A DNA stretch of 64,000 nt from Desulfosudis oleivorans (GTDB lineage Bacteria > Desulfobacterota > Desulfobacteria > Desulfobacterales > SURF-7). Of the stretch, positions 37,100-46,710 are shown one piece after another (position 1 is the first letter of the stretch; every line of letters starts with the position of its first letter). Position numbers and translations under genes: made by a program. Below the pieces are notes generated by a model. That model saw nothing but the letters and a program-made list of their open reading frames with translations, was not told the DNA's origin and did no database searches. The DNA lies in the NCBI GenBank assembly GCA_020723305.1, contig DYJC01000004.1, positions 136,261 through 200,260 of the forward strand, read 5' to 3'.

Positions 37100-38236
37100 T
37101 CATTTTCCCTGCCACCACTTGAAAATCCGGTAGTCATCCAGCATTCTCGATTCCTTTTTCAGAATGGCCATGGGTGGTACCAGATTGAGATCCTTGATGT
37201 CCCGTGCCGTACTGGAGCGCGCCATGGAATTCAGGTTGGACAGCATGGTGGCGGACATTCGCGCTCTTGTATCAGCATCGGCAGTCGCGCTGTGGGGCGT
37301 GAAGATAAAACACAGGTCGGGCCGTTCCTTGGCGATCTGACGGAACTCATTCAGGGTCTCCGCCGGCATGGGCTCATCCTCGTGAACATCCAAGGCCAGA
37401 TGGATCGAAATGTCCTTGTTTTTGAGCAAACGGATCAGGGCTTCGGTATCAATAACGCCACCCCGGGCCGTGTTGACCAGAAGAGCATGTGGCCTCATGA
37501 GACGCAACAGTCGCTCGCCGATGTAATGATGGGTACTCTCATCCAGTGGTATGTGTATGGAAATAATGTCGGCGGTCTTAAAAAGATGTTCCACGTCTTC
37601 ATAATAGTTGAGATTTGAATATTTTTCCTCCATTTCCCCACTTTGGAAAATGTCGTTGTAGGCGATATGGATGTCCCACGGCGCCACACGGTGCACCACC
37701 TCCCGGCCGATTTCCCCCATACCCAGAATACCATACGTCAGATTTTGGGTATTCTTGGCAATATGCCGGTCAAGATCCCATTTTTCATCCAATTTCCATT
37801 GGTTGTTCCAGACATAGTTGTTGAGCCCAACAATATTCCGCAGATTGGCAAGAATCAGGGAAACGGTGTATTCGGCAATGGTTCCGGCGAGAACCCCGGG
37901 TGTGTTGGTGACAACAACTCCCGGCTGGAGGTGGATGTGATTCCAACCTACGTTGCTAGTGCTGACGGCCTTGACGCTGGGAATGGAGGCAATCGACTCG
38001 GTGATCCGGTGACCTAAGTGACAGCCGATGAAATCCACTTCTTTCTCTTTCACTACGCGTATCATTTCTTCCTCGCTTGGGAAGCGGTTTTCAGAAACAA
38101 TCACGTGAGCCGCAGTGTTGAGGTTGCTCCAGACCTTGTTGATCATGAACTTATACTTTACGGAGACCTTCGGATTATCGGCAATCTCCCGAAAAACAGG
38201 AGATGCCAGGTATACGGTTGGAGTGGTTCCGCTCAT
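37100..38236 (-). CDS. D-isomer-specific 2-hydroxyacid dehydrogenase family protein
   Basis: 378 aa. NAD-binding motif GILGMGEIGREV. Its AAGGAGG RBS overlaps the true stop of the hydrogenase large subunit. Confidence 0.85.
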   Translation of the reverse strand: MSGTTPTVYLASPVFREIADNPKVSVKYKFMINKVWSNLNTAAHVIVSENRFPSEEEMIRVVKEKEVDFIGCHLGHRITESIASIPSVKAVSTSNVGWNHIHLQPGVVVTNTPGVLAGTIAEYTVSLILANLRNIVGLNNYVWNNQWKLDEKWDLDRHIAKNTQNLTYGILGMGEIGREVVHRVAPWDIHIAYNDIFQSGEMEEKYSNLNYYEDVEHLFKTADIISIHIPLDESTHHYIGERLLRLMRPHALLVNTARGGVIDTEALIRLLKNKDISIHLALDVHEDEPMPAETLNEFRQIAKERPDLCFIFTPHSATADADTRARMSATMLSNLNSMARSSTARDIKDLNLVPPMAILKKESRMLDDYRIFKWWQGK

Positions 38237-38248
38237 GTTTTTCCTCCT

Positions 38249-39700
38249 TTACTTTCGTTCAGGCCATTCCCGGATGACCTTGTTATGGGCGTCCATGATG
38301 GTGATGGATACGATGTGATCGCCGTCCAGGCGATGCGTTGCGCAGCTGATTCAGGGATCATAGGCGCGCACCGCCATTTCGATCCGGTTGAGGATCCCCT
38401 CCGTCACATTGCCGTCATGAATCAATAGTCGGGCGGCCTGCTTCACACTCAGGTTCATGGGCCCGAGATTGTGTGTTGTTCCGACGATAAGGTTGGCGCG
38501 GGTGATCAAACCGTTCTGGTCGGTGGAATAATCGTGGATCAGGGTGCCGCGCGGAGCTTCCACACATCCCACGCCTCGTCCGGCTTTAGGTTCAAAGGGC
38601 GCCCGTACGTTTGAGTCGGTAATGACCGGGTCGTTCAAAATCTCTATGGCCCTCTCTCCGGCATAAACCCCTTCAATCAGCCGGGCATAATGGTACAGCA
38701 AGGTGGCCTGGGCCGGCCGGCCGAACAGGGACCGGAACTCCTCCAGCTCGGCCTGGGCTTTGGGGGTGGCCATCCGGTCGGCCACATTAATGCGGGCCAG
38801 TGTGTTGGCTCGGTATATTCCTTTTGGATGATCCACATCCAGTGCAAAACCTTCATTCCAGCAGCGGGCATAGGGGAACTTGCCGTAAGAGTAAGGTTCC
38901 ACATGTTCACCTATATAATCGGCATAGTCCTCTACAAGAAAATCCGTAAAAGTTCCGTCAGCCTTCATCAAACGAATTTTGCCGTCATACAGGTTATGGG
39001 CACCGTTCTCATCAACGGTTCCGATAAAACCGGTAGTGATGACACCCAGGGTCTTGATGGCATCCATATATTTGGGGAACACATTCTTTTTGGCAAAATC
39101 CAGCGTGAACATCGAGAAATCCAGCACCTGCCTCATCTTGTCCAGAATATCGCGCCGCTCCTCTTCCAGCAGGGGTTTGGAAAAACCGCCCGGCACTCCG
39201 GCGACCGGGTGAATGGTCTTGCGTGAGAACTTGTCCAGGATCATCTTGACCATATAGCGCGTCTTGATCACCTGCTGGGCCAGTTCCGGATTGGCCTTGG
39301 CAATACCCACCACGTTGCGTACAGAGTAATCAGAGTCCGGACCGATGACAAAGTCCGGTGCTGCCAGGAAGTAGAAGTTCAAGAGTTTATCTTCTGCGTG
39401 TGCGATAGTCTGCATCAACTCCCGCAACTTGTGACCGGCCGGTGTCGGTGTCACTCCGAAGCAACGATCCACAGCTTTGTTGGAAGCCAGATGATGCATC
39501 CATGGGCAGATACCGCAAATCCGGCATACAATGTCCGGAAGCTCCTCGGCCGGTTTACCTTCGACAAATTTTTCGAATCCCCGCAGGGACATGTAGTTTA
39601 TACGGGCATCCTGATAGTTGCCAGCGTCGTCCAGCCAGATATTGATGGCCGCATGTCCCTCGATACGGGTTATCGGTTGAATGGTAATGGTTTGTGTCAT
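38249..39700 (-). CDS. mvhA: [NiFeSe] hydrogenase large subunit (Mvh/Vhu-type), selenocysteine at TGA 38351-38353
   Basis: N-terminal Ni site RICGIC. The track ORF stops at ...AVRAYDP-TGA. Reading through gives DP-U-ISCATH, the canonical DPCxxCxxH motif, plus a 27-aa tail up to TAA 38249-38251. That extension exactly fills the gap to the next gene. Confidence 0.85.
38318..38334 (-). promoter_or_regulatory. SECIS-like hairpin for mvhA
   Basis: RNA AUCGCC-UGGAC-GGCGAU, starting 16 nt 3' of the UGA. Confidence 0.55.
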
Positions 39701-39701
39701 A

Positions 39702-40643
39702 TCAACTCGATCTCCTTTCTTGGGTTACCGGTTTGAGCAAAGAATGGGCTCCTGAAAACCGAAGCAGCAAAGGTCGATTGGGGATGGATTTCAAATCAAT
39801 GCCGTTGGAGGCCAGCGCATTGAGCATATCCAGAAGCTGATTTCCCTCATGGCGCACCGGACCGGAGCATCCACGGCACGGTACACGGGCGGAGATACAG
39901 CGAGGTGTTATCGCGTCCCCTCCGCAACCGGCCCTGGTGACCGGCCCCATGCAGAGAAACCCCTGTTCGAGCAGACATCTCATCCGGTCGAGGGGTTCTC
40001 CAGGGGCACCGTACTTCGGAGCCGATAGAAATCGCCGGACTTTTTGGAGCTCTCCCTTGCCCTGACGCACGGTGGGGCAGGTGTCGCAAACGCTCTTGGA
40101 TGGCACCTCAAGGGGTTTGCCTTGCACAAGAGCGACCAGGGCGGAAAAAATATGATCCGGATGGGGCGGGCAACCCGGCAAATGGATATCCACCTTGATT
40201 TTCTCGTCCAGCGCATAACAGGTATTGAGGAGCGGAGGAATGCCGTCAGCCGGGTAGGCTCCCGGACGGTCGGTGGTTTCTGTGGAAAAGGCGCGGTCCA
40301 TGATCTCGTCCACTGTGTAGGTGTTTGCAAGGGACGGGATACCACCGTGTGTGGCGCAGGTCCCAAGAGCGATAATGAGGTTGCATCGTTTGCGCATCTC
40401 TAAGGCCACTTCCAAATGCTCCTCATTCCGGATGCCGCCACTGATGATGCCGACGTCTGCCTCCGGCAGCGAAAGGTGTTTCCGGTCACCAAGCTGTCCG
40501 TAATATTTGCTGTCCACTAAGGCCGGAAGGTGAACGATGTCCGCCACCGCCAGTATGTCAAGCAAACGCTCGCCCATGTCGATGATGGAAATTTCACATC
40601 CGGAGCACGAATTCAACCATTCACTCGAAACTCGGACACCCAT
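39702..40643 (-). CDS. mvhG: [NiFe] hydrogenase small subunit (MvhG-type)
   Basis: 313 aa with an AGGAGG RBS. N-terminal LNSCSGCEISI and further Fe-S Cys clusters. Its stop lies 1 nt from the large-subunit ATG. Confidence 0.85.
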   Translation of the reverse strand: MGVRVSSEWLNSCSGCEISIIDMGERLLDILAVADIVHLPALVDSKYYGQLGDRKHLSLPEADVGIISGGIRNEEHLEVALEMRKRCNLIIALGTCATHGGIPSLANTYTVDEIMDRAFSTETTDRPGAYPADGIPPLLNTCYALDEKIKVDIHLPGCPPHPDHIFSALVALVQGKPLEVPSKSVCDTCPTVRQGKGELQKVRRFLSAPKYGAPGEPLDRMRCLLEQGFLCMGPVTRAGCGGDAITPRCISARVPCRGCSGPVRHEGNQLLDMLNALASNGIDLKSIPNRPLLLRFSGAHSLLKPVTQERRSS

Positions 40644-40708
40644 GTTGGTCTCCTCCTGAAAGTTTTGTTAAAAAAGCCATTTTGAAGTGATTACCTTTTT
40701 CATTCCGG

Positions 40709-41827
40709 TTATCCTTTTACACGAACTCCTTTTTTTCCCAGTTTCCGGCGATTCTGCTGAGCGCTTCTGCGTTTTCCGGCTGAACTGGCGCGAACGATGG
40801 TAAGTGCCTGGGAAGCAAAGCCCGGATCATCTTTGACACTGAACTCTTCGATAGCGCCGGCGCTCCTTGCATCGGCAAAGACGGCCCGGCCCTGAGCCGA
40901 GCGGGTGATGACCGTGGTCCAGCCTTCCTCGGCGCCGATACCTCCGAATGAAATATCCGCAAATTCAGAGGAGTAATCCGGACAGAAGCTGCACGCAAAC
41001 CGCCTTATACCCTGCATTTCTTCCATGGCGATTTGCCTGACTTCACCACTCTTGAGATGCACCATCAGCTCTTCCTTGATGTTGATCTTGCGTACCTCAT
41101 TCCATTCAAATCCATTGTTTTCCGAAAGAGTACGTCGCTCACTATCCCCGAAAAGAAAATTTCCCGAGCAGAACAACCCCAGACAGAATTTGATGGATTC
41201 CGACGGAACCAGTCCAAGGGTCTGCATGCGCCTTACGGATTTGATCTGGCATGGGGTACCTACTAGGGCGACACGCTTCAACCCTTTTTTCATCATCGGA
41301 TCGAGTTCCTCGATGGAGGAAAAGGTAAGATACTGATCACTGAAATTCTTCATGCCGTGAGAGGTATCAAAGTAAAATCCGGCAGCCTCTTTAATTTCCT
41401 CGCTGGAGGTGGCCAGAAAAGGTCTACGCTGAAAGGGGCCGGACTGTTTGGTGACGATTGCGCCGTCAATACGGCCGCGCTCCAGAAGATGCAGGAGCAG
41501 GCCCGTAACAACGCCGCCGTCGGTAGCGATGCGGCGTACCGACGCATCCCCGGATCGGGCGACAGTCGTTTCTATGATCCGGCCCATGGGCGCTATCCAA
41601 CCCAGCCGTTCCCGGGTTTCGGCTTCCAGCTCATCCACCTCAGGGCAGATGGCATGGCACAATCCGCACTCGACGCACTTTTCAATTTCACTGTAAAGAG
41701 GTTTGCCATCCGCATCCAGGTCAAGGGCCCCGTAGTTAACAGCGCTGCAGAAGGTGACGCAGCCGCCGCAGCGGTGGCAAAGCCCTGGTTTCTGAACTTC
41801 CTGAATCAGGTCAAAAAAAGTTTTCAT
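40709..41827 (-). CDS. FrhB/FdhB-family (F420 hydrogenase/dehydrogenase beta-like) Fe-S flavoprotein
   Basis: 372 aa from ATG 41827 with an AAAGGAG RBS. Cys motifs CHRCGGCVTFC and CVECGLCHAICP. FrhB-like core (VALVGTPCQIKSVR...FCLGLFCSGNF). Confidence 0.8.
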   Translation of the reverse strand: MKTFFDLIQEVQKPGLCHRCGGCVTFCSAVNYGALDLDADGKPLYSEIEKCVECGLCHAICPEVDELEAETRERLGWIAPMGRIIETTVARSGDASVRRIATDGGVVTGLLLHLLERGRIDGAIVTKQSGPFQRRPFLATSSEEIKEAAGFYFDTSHGMKNFSDQYLTFSSIEELDPMMKKGLKRVALVGTPCQIKSVRRMQTLGLVPSESIKFCLGLFCSGNFLFGDSERRTLSENNGFEWNEVRKINIKEELMVHLKSGEVRQIAMEEMQGIRRFACSFCPDYSSEFADISFGGIGAEEGWTTVITRSAQGRAVFADARSAGAIEEFSVKDDPGFASQALTIVRASSAGKRRSAQQNRRKLGKKGVRVKG

Positions 41828-41864
41828 AACCGCTCCTTTCCGGGAGTGTCTGTGTGACTTCGGT

Positions 41865-43163
41865 TCATAGACCGACCTTCGAAAGGTCCGATCCAAGATA
41901 GGTCCGTTCGTTTTCGCCTAAGATCCCCATCGAAAGACAGATGATTGTCCACAGATGGATCGTATGATATTTGCCTTTAAAATATCCGTTGAGATCATGG
42001 ATCTGGGAATGACAATTGTGACAAGGGGCAACGCAATAATCAGCTCCGGTATTTGCGATCTGATCGAACTTAATCTTGCCAAAGCTGCGCCGGGCTTCCG
42101 GGTATCCGCCCTGGAGAGCCCCGCCGCCTCCACCGCAGCAATAGTTGTTGGAGCAGTTTGGGGTCATATCCACAAAGTTTTCCTCGCCCACAACCCGTTT
42201 GGTCACAAACCGCAGGTCTTCGGCATAGGCATCTCCGTAAGTCTTTCGTACCTGATTACATGGATCCTGAGCCGTGAATTTAACCTTCCGATCTTTGTTC
42301 CAGTCGGAATTGACCCTGAGCTTGCCCTCGCGGATCCATTTAGCGTATAATTGTACGATGGTAGTAATTTCAAAGTTGTGAGGGATGTTGAATTTTTTCA
42401 GTCCGGCCCGGACTGCAAAGAGTTCATGCCCTCACTCCGTGTTGACCCAATACTTGCATCCCAGATCATCCACGGCCTTGGCCTTGATGCGAACGATGCG
42501 CTCCCAGTTTTCATCATCGGCCATGAACATACAGTAGTTTTCAGCAGCCCAACCTTTGGTGCCGTAAGTCCAGTCCGCCCCGACAGTGCTCATGATCTTC
42601 CACAGTGGCACCATCTCGTCCGGCTCGGTGACGGGCTCCCGGGAATTCTGGTTAAGAAAGAATTCAGCCCCGGCTTTGTTGATAGGCGCCGTAAGGTTTT
42701 CCCAACCAGGCTGACTTGCCCGGACTTCTTCCAGGACATCCTCCACCACCATACGAAAATCCTCCCCGCTTGCACCCATGGCGCTGCAACTTTCGTTGAC
42801 GAGAGCCATATCACAGGAAGCACGGATTCCTTTAGGACGCTCTTCCCTAGGCCAGCTCTTGCGGGCATGATAAACAAGCTGGGGAATATCGATTTTCATC
42901 GGGCAGACATAAATGCAGCGCCAGCAGAGTGTGCAATTCCAGACCCACTCGGTTTTTAAAATCTGGTCATCCAGACCCATCGCGGCCATGCGCAGGAACC
43001 TTCGTGGATCCATATCCGCAAGGCCCGTGGCCGGGCAACCGGAGGCACAGGCTCCGCAGGTCAGGCAGGCGTTAAGATTCCCGCCATCGGGCAACAACTG
43101 CATGACCTTGTCCTTGAAAATGCTCTTTCTCTCTTTTCCGATCTTGACGGATTCAACGGTCAT
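41865..43163 (-). CDS. HdrC/HdrB-like fused Fe-S protein (2x[4Fe-4S] + CCG domains), selenocysteine at TGA 42432-42434
   Basis: Track ORFs 42432..43163 and 41865..42206 share one frame: 1299 nt, or 433 codons. The bridging sequence reads ...YWVNTE-U-GHELFAVRAGLKKF...DPCNQV...NYCCGGGGG...PCHNC. Confidence 0.75.
42399..42415 (-). promoter_or_regulatory. SECIS-like hairpin for the hdrCB-like gene
   Basis: RNA CAGUCCG-GGC-CGGACUG, starting 16 nt 3' of the UGA. Confidence 0.55.
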
Positions 43164-43169
43164 GGTCGC

Positions 43170-43628
43170 TCACCTCCCTTCCACATTGGTGTACGTTTCG
43201 GGTGCGGCTGACTTTTGCCGGCTCATGGGGCCGGGGCCCATGCCGCGGATTTTTTCAGTGAAACGGGTTACAACTTCGGCAAATCTTGGTGCCTCGGCAG
43301 ATGACACCCACTCGACAGTAAACCGTTCCGGGTCGATTCCCTGTATTTCAAGGACGATTTTGGCAGCTTCGCTTCGGTTCAGGGCCTTTTGATTACCTTC
43401 CAGGTAATGGCATTCCCCGAGATGTCAGCCCATCATGATGACCCCGTCTGCCCCACGATTAAAAGCTTCGAGGACAAGATCGGGGTGGACCATGCCGGAG
43501 CACATCACCCGCACGGCGCGCATGTTGGCCGGGTACTGCAACCGCCCCACGCCTGCCAAGTCTCCACCGGCATAGGCGCACCAGTTGCAGAGAAATCCCA
43601 GAATGACCGGTTCAAATTTTTCAGCCAT
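43170..43628 (-). CDS. mvhD: MvhD (hydrogenase delta subunit) with selenocysteine at TGA 43425-43427
   Basis: The track ORF ends at ...GADGVIMMG-TGA. Reading through gives G-U-HLGECHYLEGN (family motif GCHxGDCHY) and then ...IDPERFTVEWVSSAE to TGA 43170-43172. That stop lies 6 nt before the next ATG. Confidence 0.8.
43392..43408 (-). promoter_or_regulatory. SECIS-like hairpin for mvhD
   Basis: RNA AUUACC-UGGAA-GGUAAU, starting 16 nt 3' of the UGA. Confidence 0.55.
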
Positions 43629-43656
43629 GGTTGTGTTCTCCTTTATTATTGATCAT

Positions 43657-46600
43657 TCAAGCAACATCCTCAAGGGCCGCAACAACCTGAGCCCGCAATT
43701 GGTCCATCGTGAAACCATGAACATAAACCCCGCCCTTCGGGCATGTTGCCGAGCATAACCCGCACCCCTTGCACAGCGCCTTGTCGGTTGCGATCCTAAA
43801 ATGTCCTTGGCCATTTGCCGCCTGGTAGTTCTCGAGTTTGATGGCACGATAGGGACAGACATCCAAACACAGGGCGCAACCATCGCATTTATCGGTAACA
43901 AAAGACTTGATAGCGTCCAGGGTCATTTCGGTCTGGGACAGAATGACTGCTGCCCGTGCTGCCGCTGCCTTGGCCTGGGCAATGGTTTCGTTAAGCGGTT
44001 TGGGGTAGTTGCATAGTCCGGCAACAAAAAGGCCGTCCACCGACATATCCACGGGTCGCAGTTTCGGGTGGGCTTCGTTCAGGAAACCGTCGGCATTCGC
44101 AGCACATTTATAAAGTTCCGTCAGTTCGTGGGAATCGTTTGCCTCCATTGCAGCGGCCAGCACCACATGATCAACTGCGATACTGATCGGCATCCGCAGG
44201 ATGGGATCATAGGTCTTAACCGTCAGATCCTTTCCATCAAGGCTTACGGCCGGCTTCCTTTCCGGTCCATAACTGATGAAGAGCACTCCCAGATCCCGGG
44301 CCTTGCGATAGAGATCTTCCCGCTCACCGTATGTCCGGATGTCACGGTAAAGCACATAGACATTCATTTTTGGATTGAGCCCCTTGAGATGAATGACAGC
44401 CTTGACCGAATGGGTGCAGCAGATACGGCTGCAGTAAGGACGGCGTTCATCACGGGAACCGACACATTGTATGAAAACAATGCTCTGGGCTTTTTTAAGG
44501 CTTGCAGGATCATCGCGAAGCATGGCATCCAGATCCAGATGGGTGATGACCCGCGGATCCTGACCGAACAGATACTCCTCCGGCCGGGATTCCCGGCCGC
44601 CAATGGCCAGCACCGCGACACCATAGGCTATCTCGCGTTGTCCGCCGTTGACCTGAACCGTGCCGGAAAAATTACCGACAGAACCCTTGGCAGACGTGAC
44701 AGAGGCGTTTTTGAGTACCTGGATATTGGAGTGGGTTTCCACACGCTTGATGAGACTTTCCAGGTATGGCCGGATGGCTTCGCCCTGATCGGTAGTATTC
44801 ACTTTCCAGGCATTGCCGCCGAGACGGTCTGACTTTTCCAGCAGAACAGTTTCAAAATTCTGGTCAGCCAGACTCAAAGCCGTTTGCATCCCGGCCACTC
44901 CGCCGCCGATGACAAGGGCTTTCGGAATCACATTTACCTTGGTTCTCTCAATGGGTACGCTCAAGGCAGCCTTGGCTATCGCCATGCGAACCTGGTCCTT
45001 GGCTTTGGCCGTAGCCATTTCCGGTTCACGCTGATGAACCCATGCATTCTGGTTACGGATATTGGCCATCTCCACCAGGTATGGATTCAATCCTGTCTCC
45101 TGGAGGGTTTCCTGAAACAGAGCCTCGTGCGTACGCGGAGTGCAGGCCGCAATGATAATCCGGTTCAGGGAGTGTTCCACGATTTTTTTGGCCATCATCT
45201 CCTGTGTATCGGCCGAACAACTGAAAAGATTGTTTTCAACATGCACAACATGCGGCAGACTGCGTGCGTATCTCGCTACTTCGTCCACGTTGATGATGCC
45301 GGAAATGTTGATGCCGCAGGAGCAGATGAATACACCGATACGCACTTCTTCATTGGCAATACTGCGTTCAGATGGATAGATTTTTTGCTGGGTCAACTCG
45401 CCCCGGGATCGAATCAGTGCCGTGGTTGCTTCTACGGCAGCGGTGGAAGCCTCCGTCACCGCCCGCGGAATGGCTTTGGGAGTCTGAAAAGCACCGGCCA
45501 CATAGACTCCCGGCCGATTGGAGCAGGCCGGAGAGAAATCCGAAGTCTTGGCAAAGCGATATTGGTTAAGATCCAGTTTAAAGATGTCTGCCAGTTGCTT
45601 GACGTCCGTGGTCGGTTCCAACCCAATCGAAAGCACCGCCATATCGAAATGTTCGATCATGACCTGGCCGTCCTCCTGGGCGTAGCGCATGGTGACCCCG
45701 CAGTTGTCTTGTCCTGCCTCGATGGTGTGTGGCCGGGCTTTTACAAAACGCACGCCTTTGGCCTTGGCGCTTTCGTAGAATCGATCAAAATCCTTTCCGT
45801 GGCTGCGGATATCCATATAAAAAATACTCTGTTTCAGCCCCTCTCCGGCAATATGCTCGGCGGTTACCAGCGCCTCCTTGATGGCGTACATACAACATAC
45901 GCTAGAACAATAGCCGTTCTCGCACCGGTTGGTATTTCGCGAGCCCACGCACTGGATCCAGGCAATGCTTTTGGGTTCTCTGTGGTCCGAAGGACGCACA
46001 AGGTGTCCCATGCAAGGTCCGCCTGAAGATAGCAGGCGCTCATACTCCAGGCTGGTGACCACATCCGGAATTTTTCCATAGCCATAGAAGTCAAATCCCG
46101 ACGGATCAAAAGGCTTGAAACCCGGCGACAGGATGACGGCCCCCACATTCAGATCGACGATTTCCTCCTGGTCTTCGAAATTAATGGCGGAAGTGGGGCA
46201 GAACTTTTCGCAGGCTTTGCATTTTCCGCGTTTGAGGTAGATGCAGGTTTCACCGTCGATGGCGTATTTCAACGGCACAGACTGGCCATATTTGATATAG
46301 GCAGAGGTGCGCTGATTCAACCCCAGATTGAACTCGTCATCCACCTTGCGGGGGCATTTCTGCGCACACAAGCCGCAGGCAATGCATTTTTCCATATCGA
46401 TGTAACGTGGATTCTTCTTGACCTTGACGACGAAATTCCCAACTTCGCCGGAAACATCAACGACTTCCGACAACGTGAGGAGATTTACATTTAAATGCCG
46501 GCCGACCTCGACCAGTTTGGGGGAGATGATTCACATGGCGCAGTCGTTGGTGGGAAAGGTTTTGTCAAGCTGGGCCATGGCTCCGCCGATTCCGGAACTC

Positions 46601-46710
46601 TTTTCCACCAGGTGGACAAAATAACCGGAGTTGGCCAGATCCAGCGTTGCCTGCATGCCTGCGATTCCACCACCCACTACCAATACTGATCCGATGGGCT
46701 TTGCTGACAT
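43657..46710 (-). CDS. hdrA: Tandem-module HdrA-like flavoprotein (about 1017 aa), selenocysteine at TGA 46531-46533
   Basis: ATG 46710 has a GAGGTG RBS. The sequence reads GGGIAGMQ...[18 protein letters not shown] and continues straight into the 938-aa track ORF. A second module repeats GGGVAGMQ and IQCVGSRD...CSRICC. Ferredoxin motifs lie mid-protein and at the C-terminus. Confidence 0.8.
46498..46515 (-). promoter_or_regulatory. SECIS-like hairpin for hdrA
   Basis: RNA CUGGUC-GAGGUC-GGCCGG (6 bp, including two G-U pairs), starting 15 nt 3' of the UGA. The loop contains GGUC. Confidence 0.5.

Noticed and set aside
44068-46026. 254-aa and 380-aa plus-strand ORFs
   Set aside because: They lie antisense to hdrA, whose motif content is conclusive. 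Long shadow ORFs of this kind are typical of GC-rich codon bias.
38351-46533. Reading the four TGA interruptions as frameshifts or pseudogenisation of the hydrogenase/hdr operon
   Set aside because: In each case the same frame continues without further stops. The stop falls exactly at a conserved Cys position. The downstream sequence restores the conserved motifs. A hairpin follows at a fixed 15-16 nt. Selenocysteine recoding is the simpler explanation.
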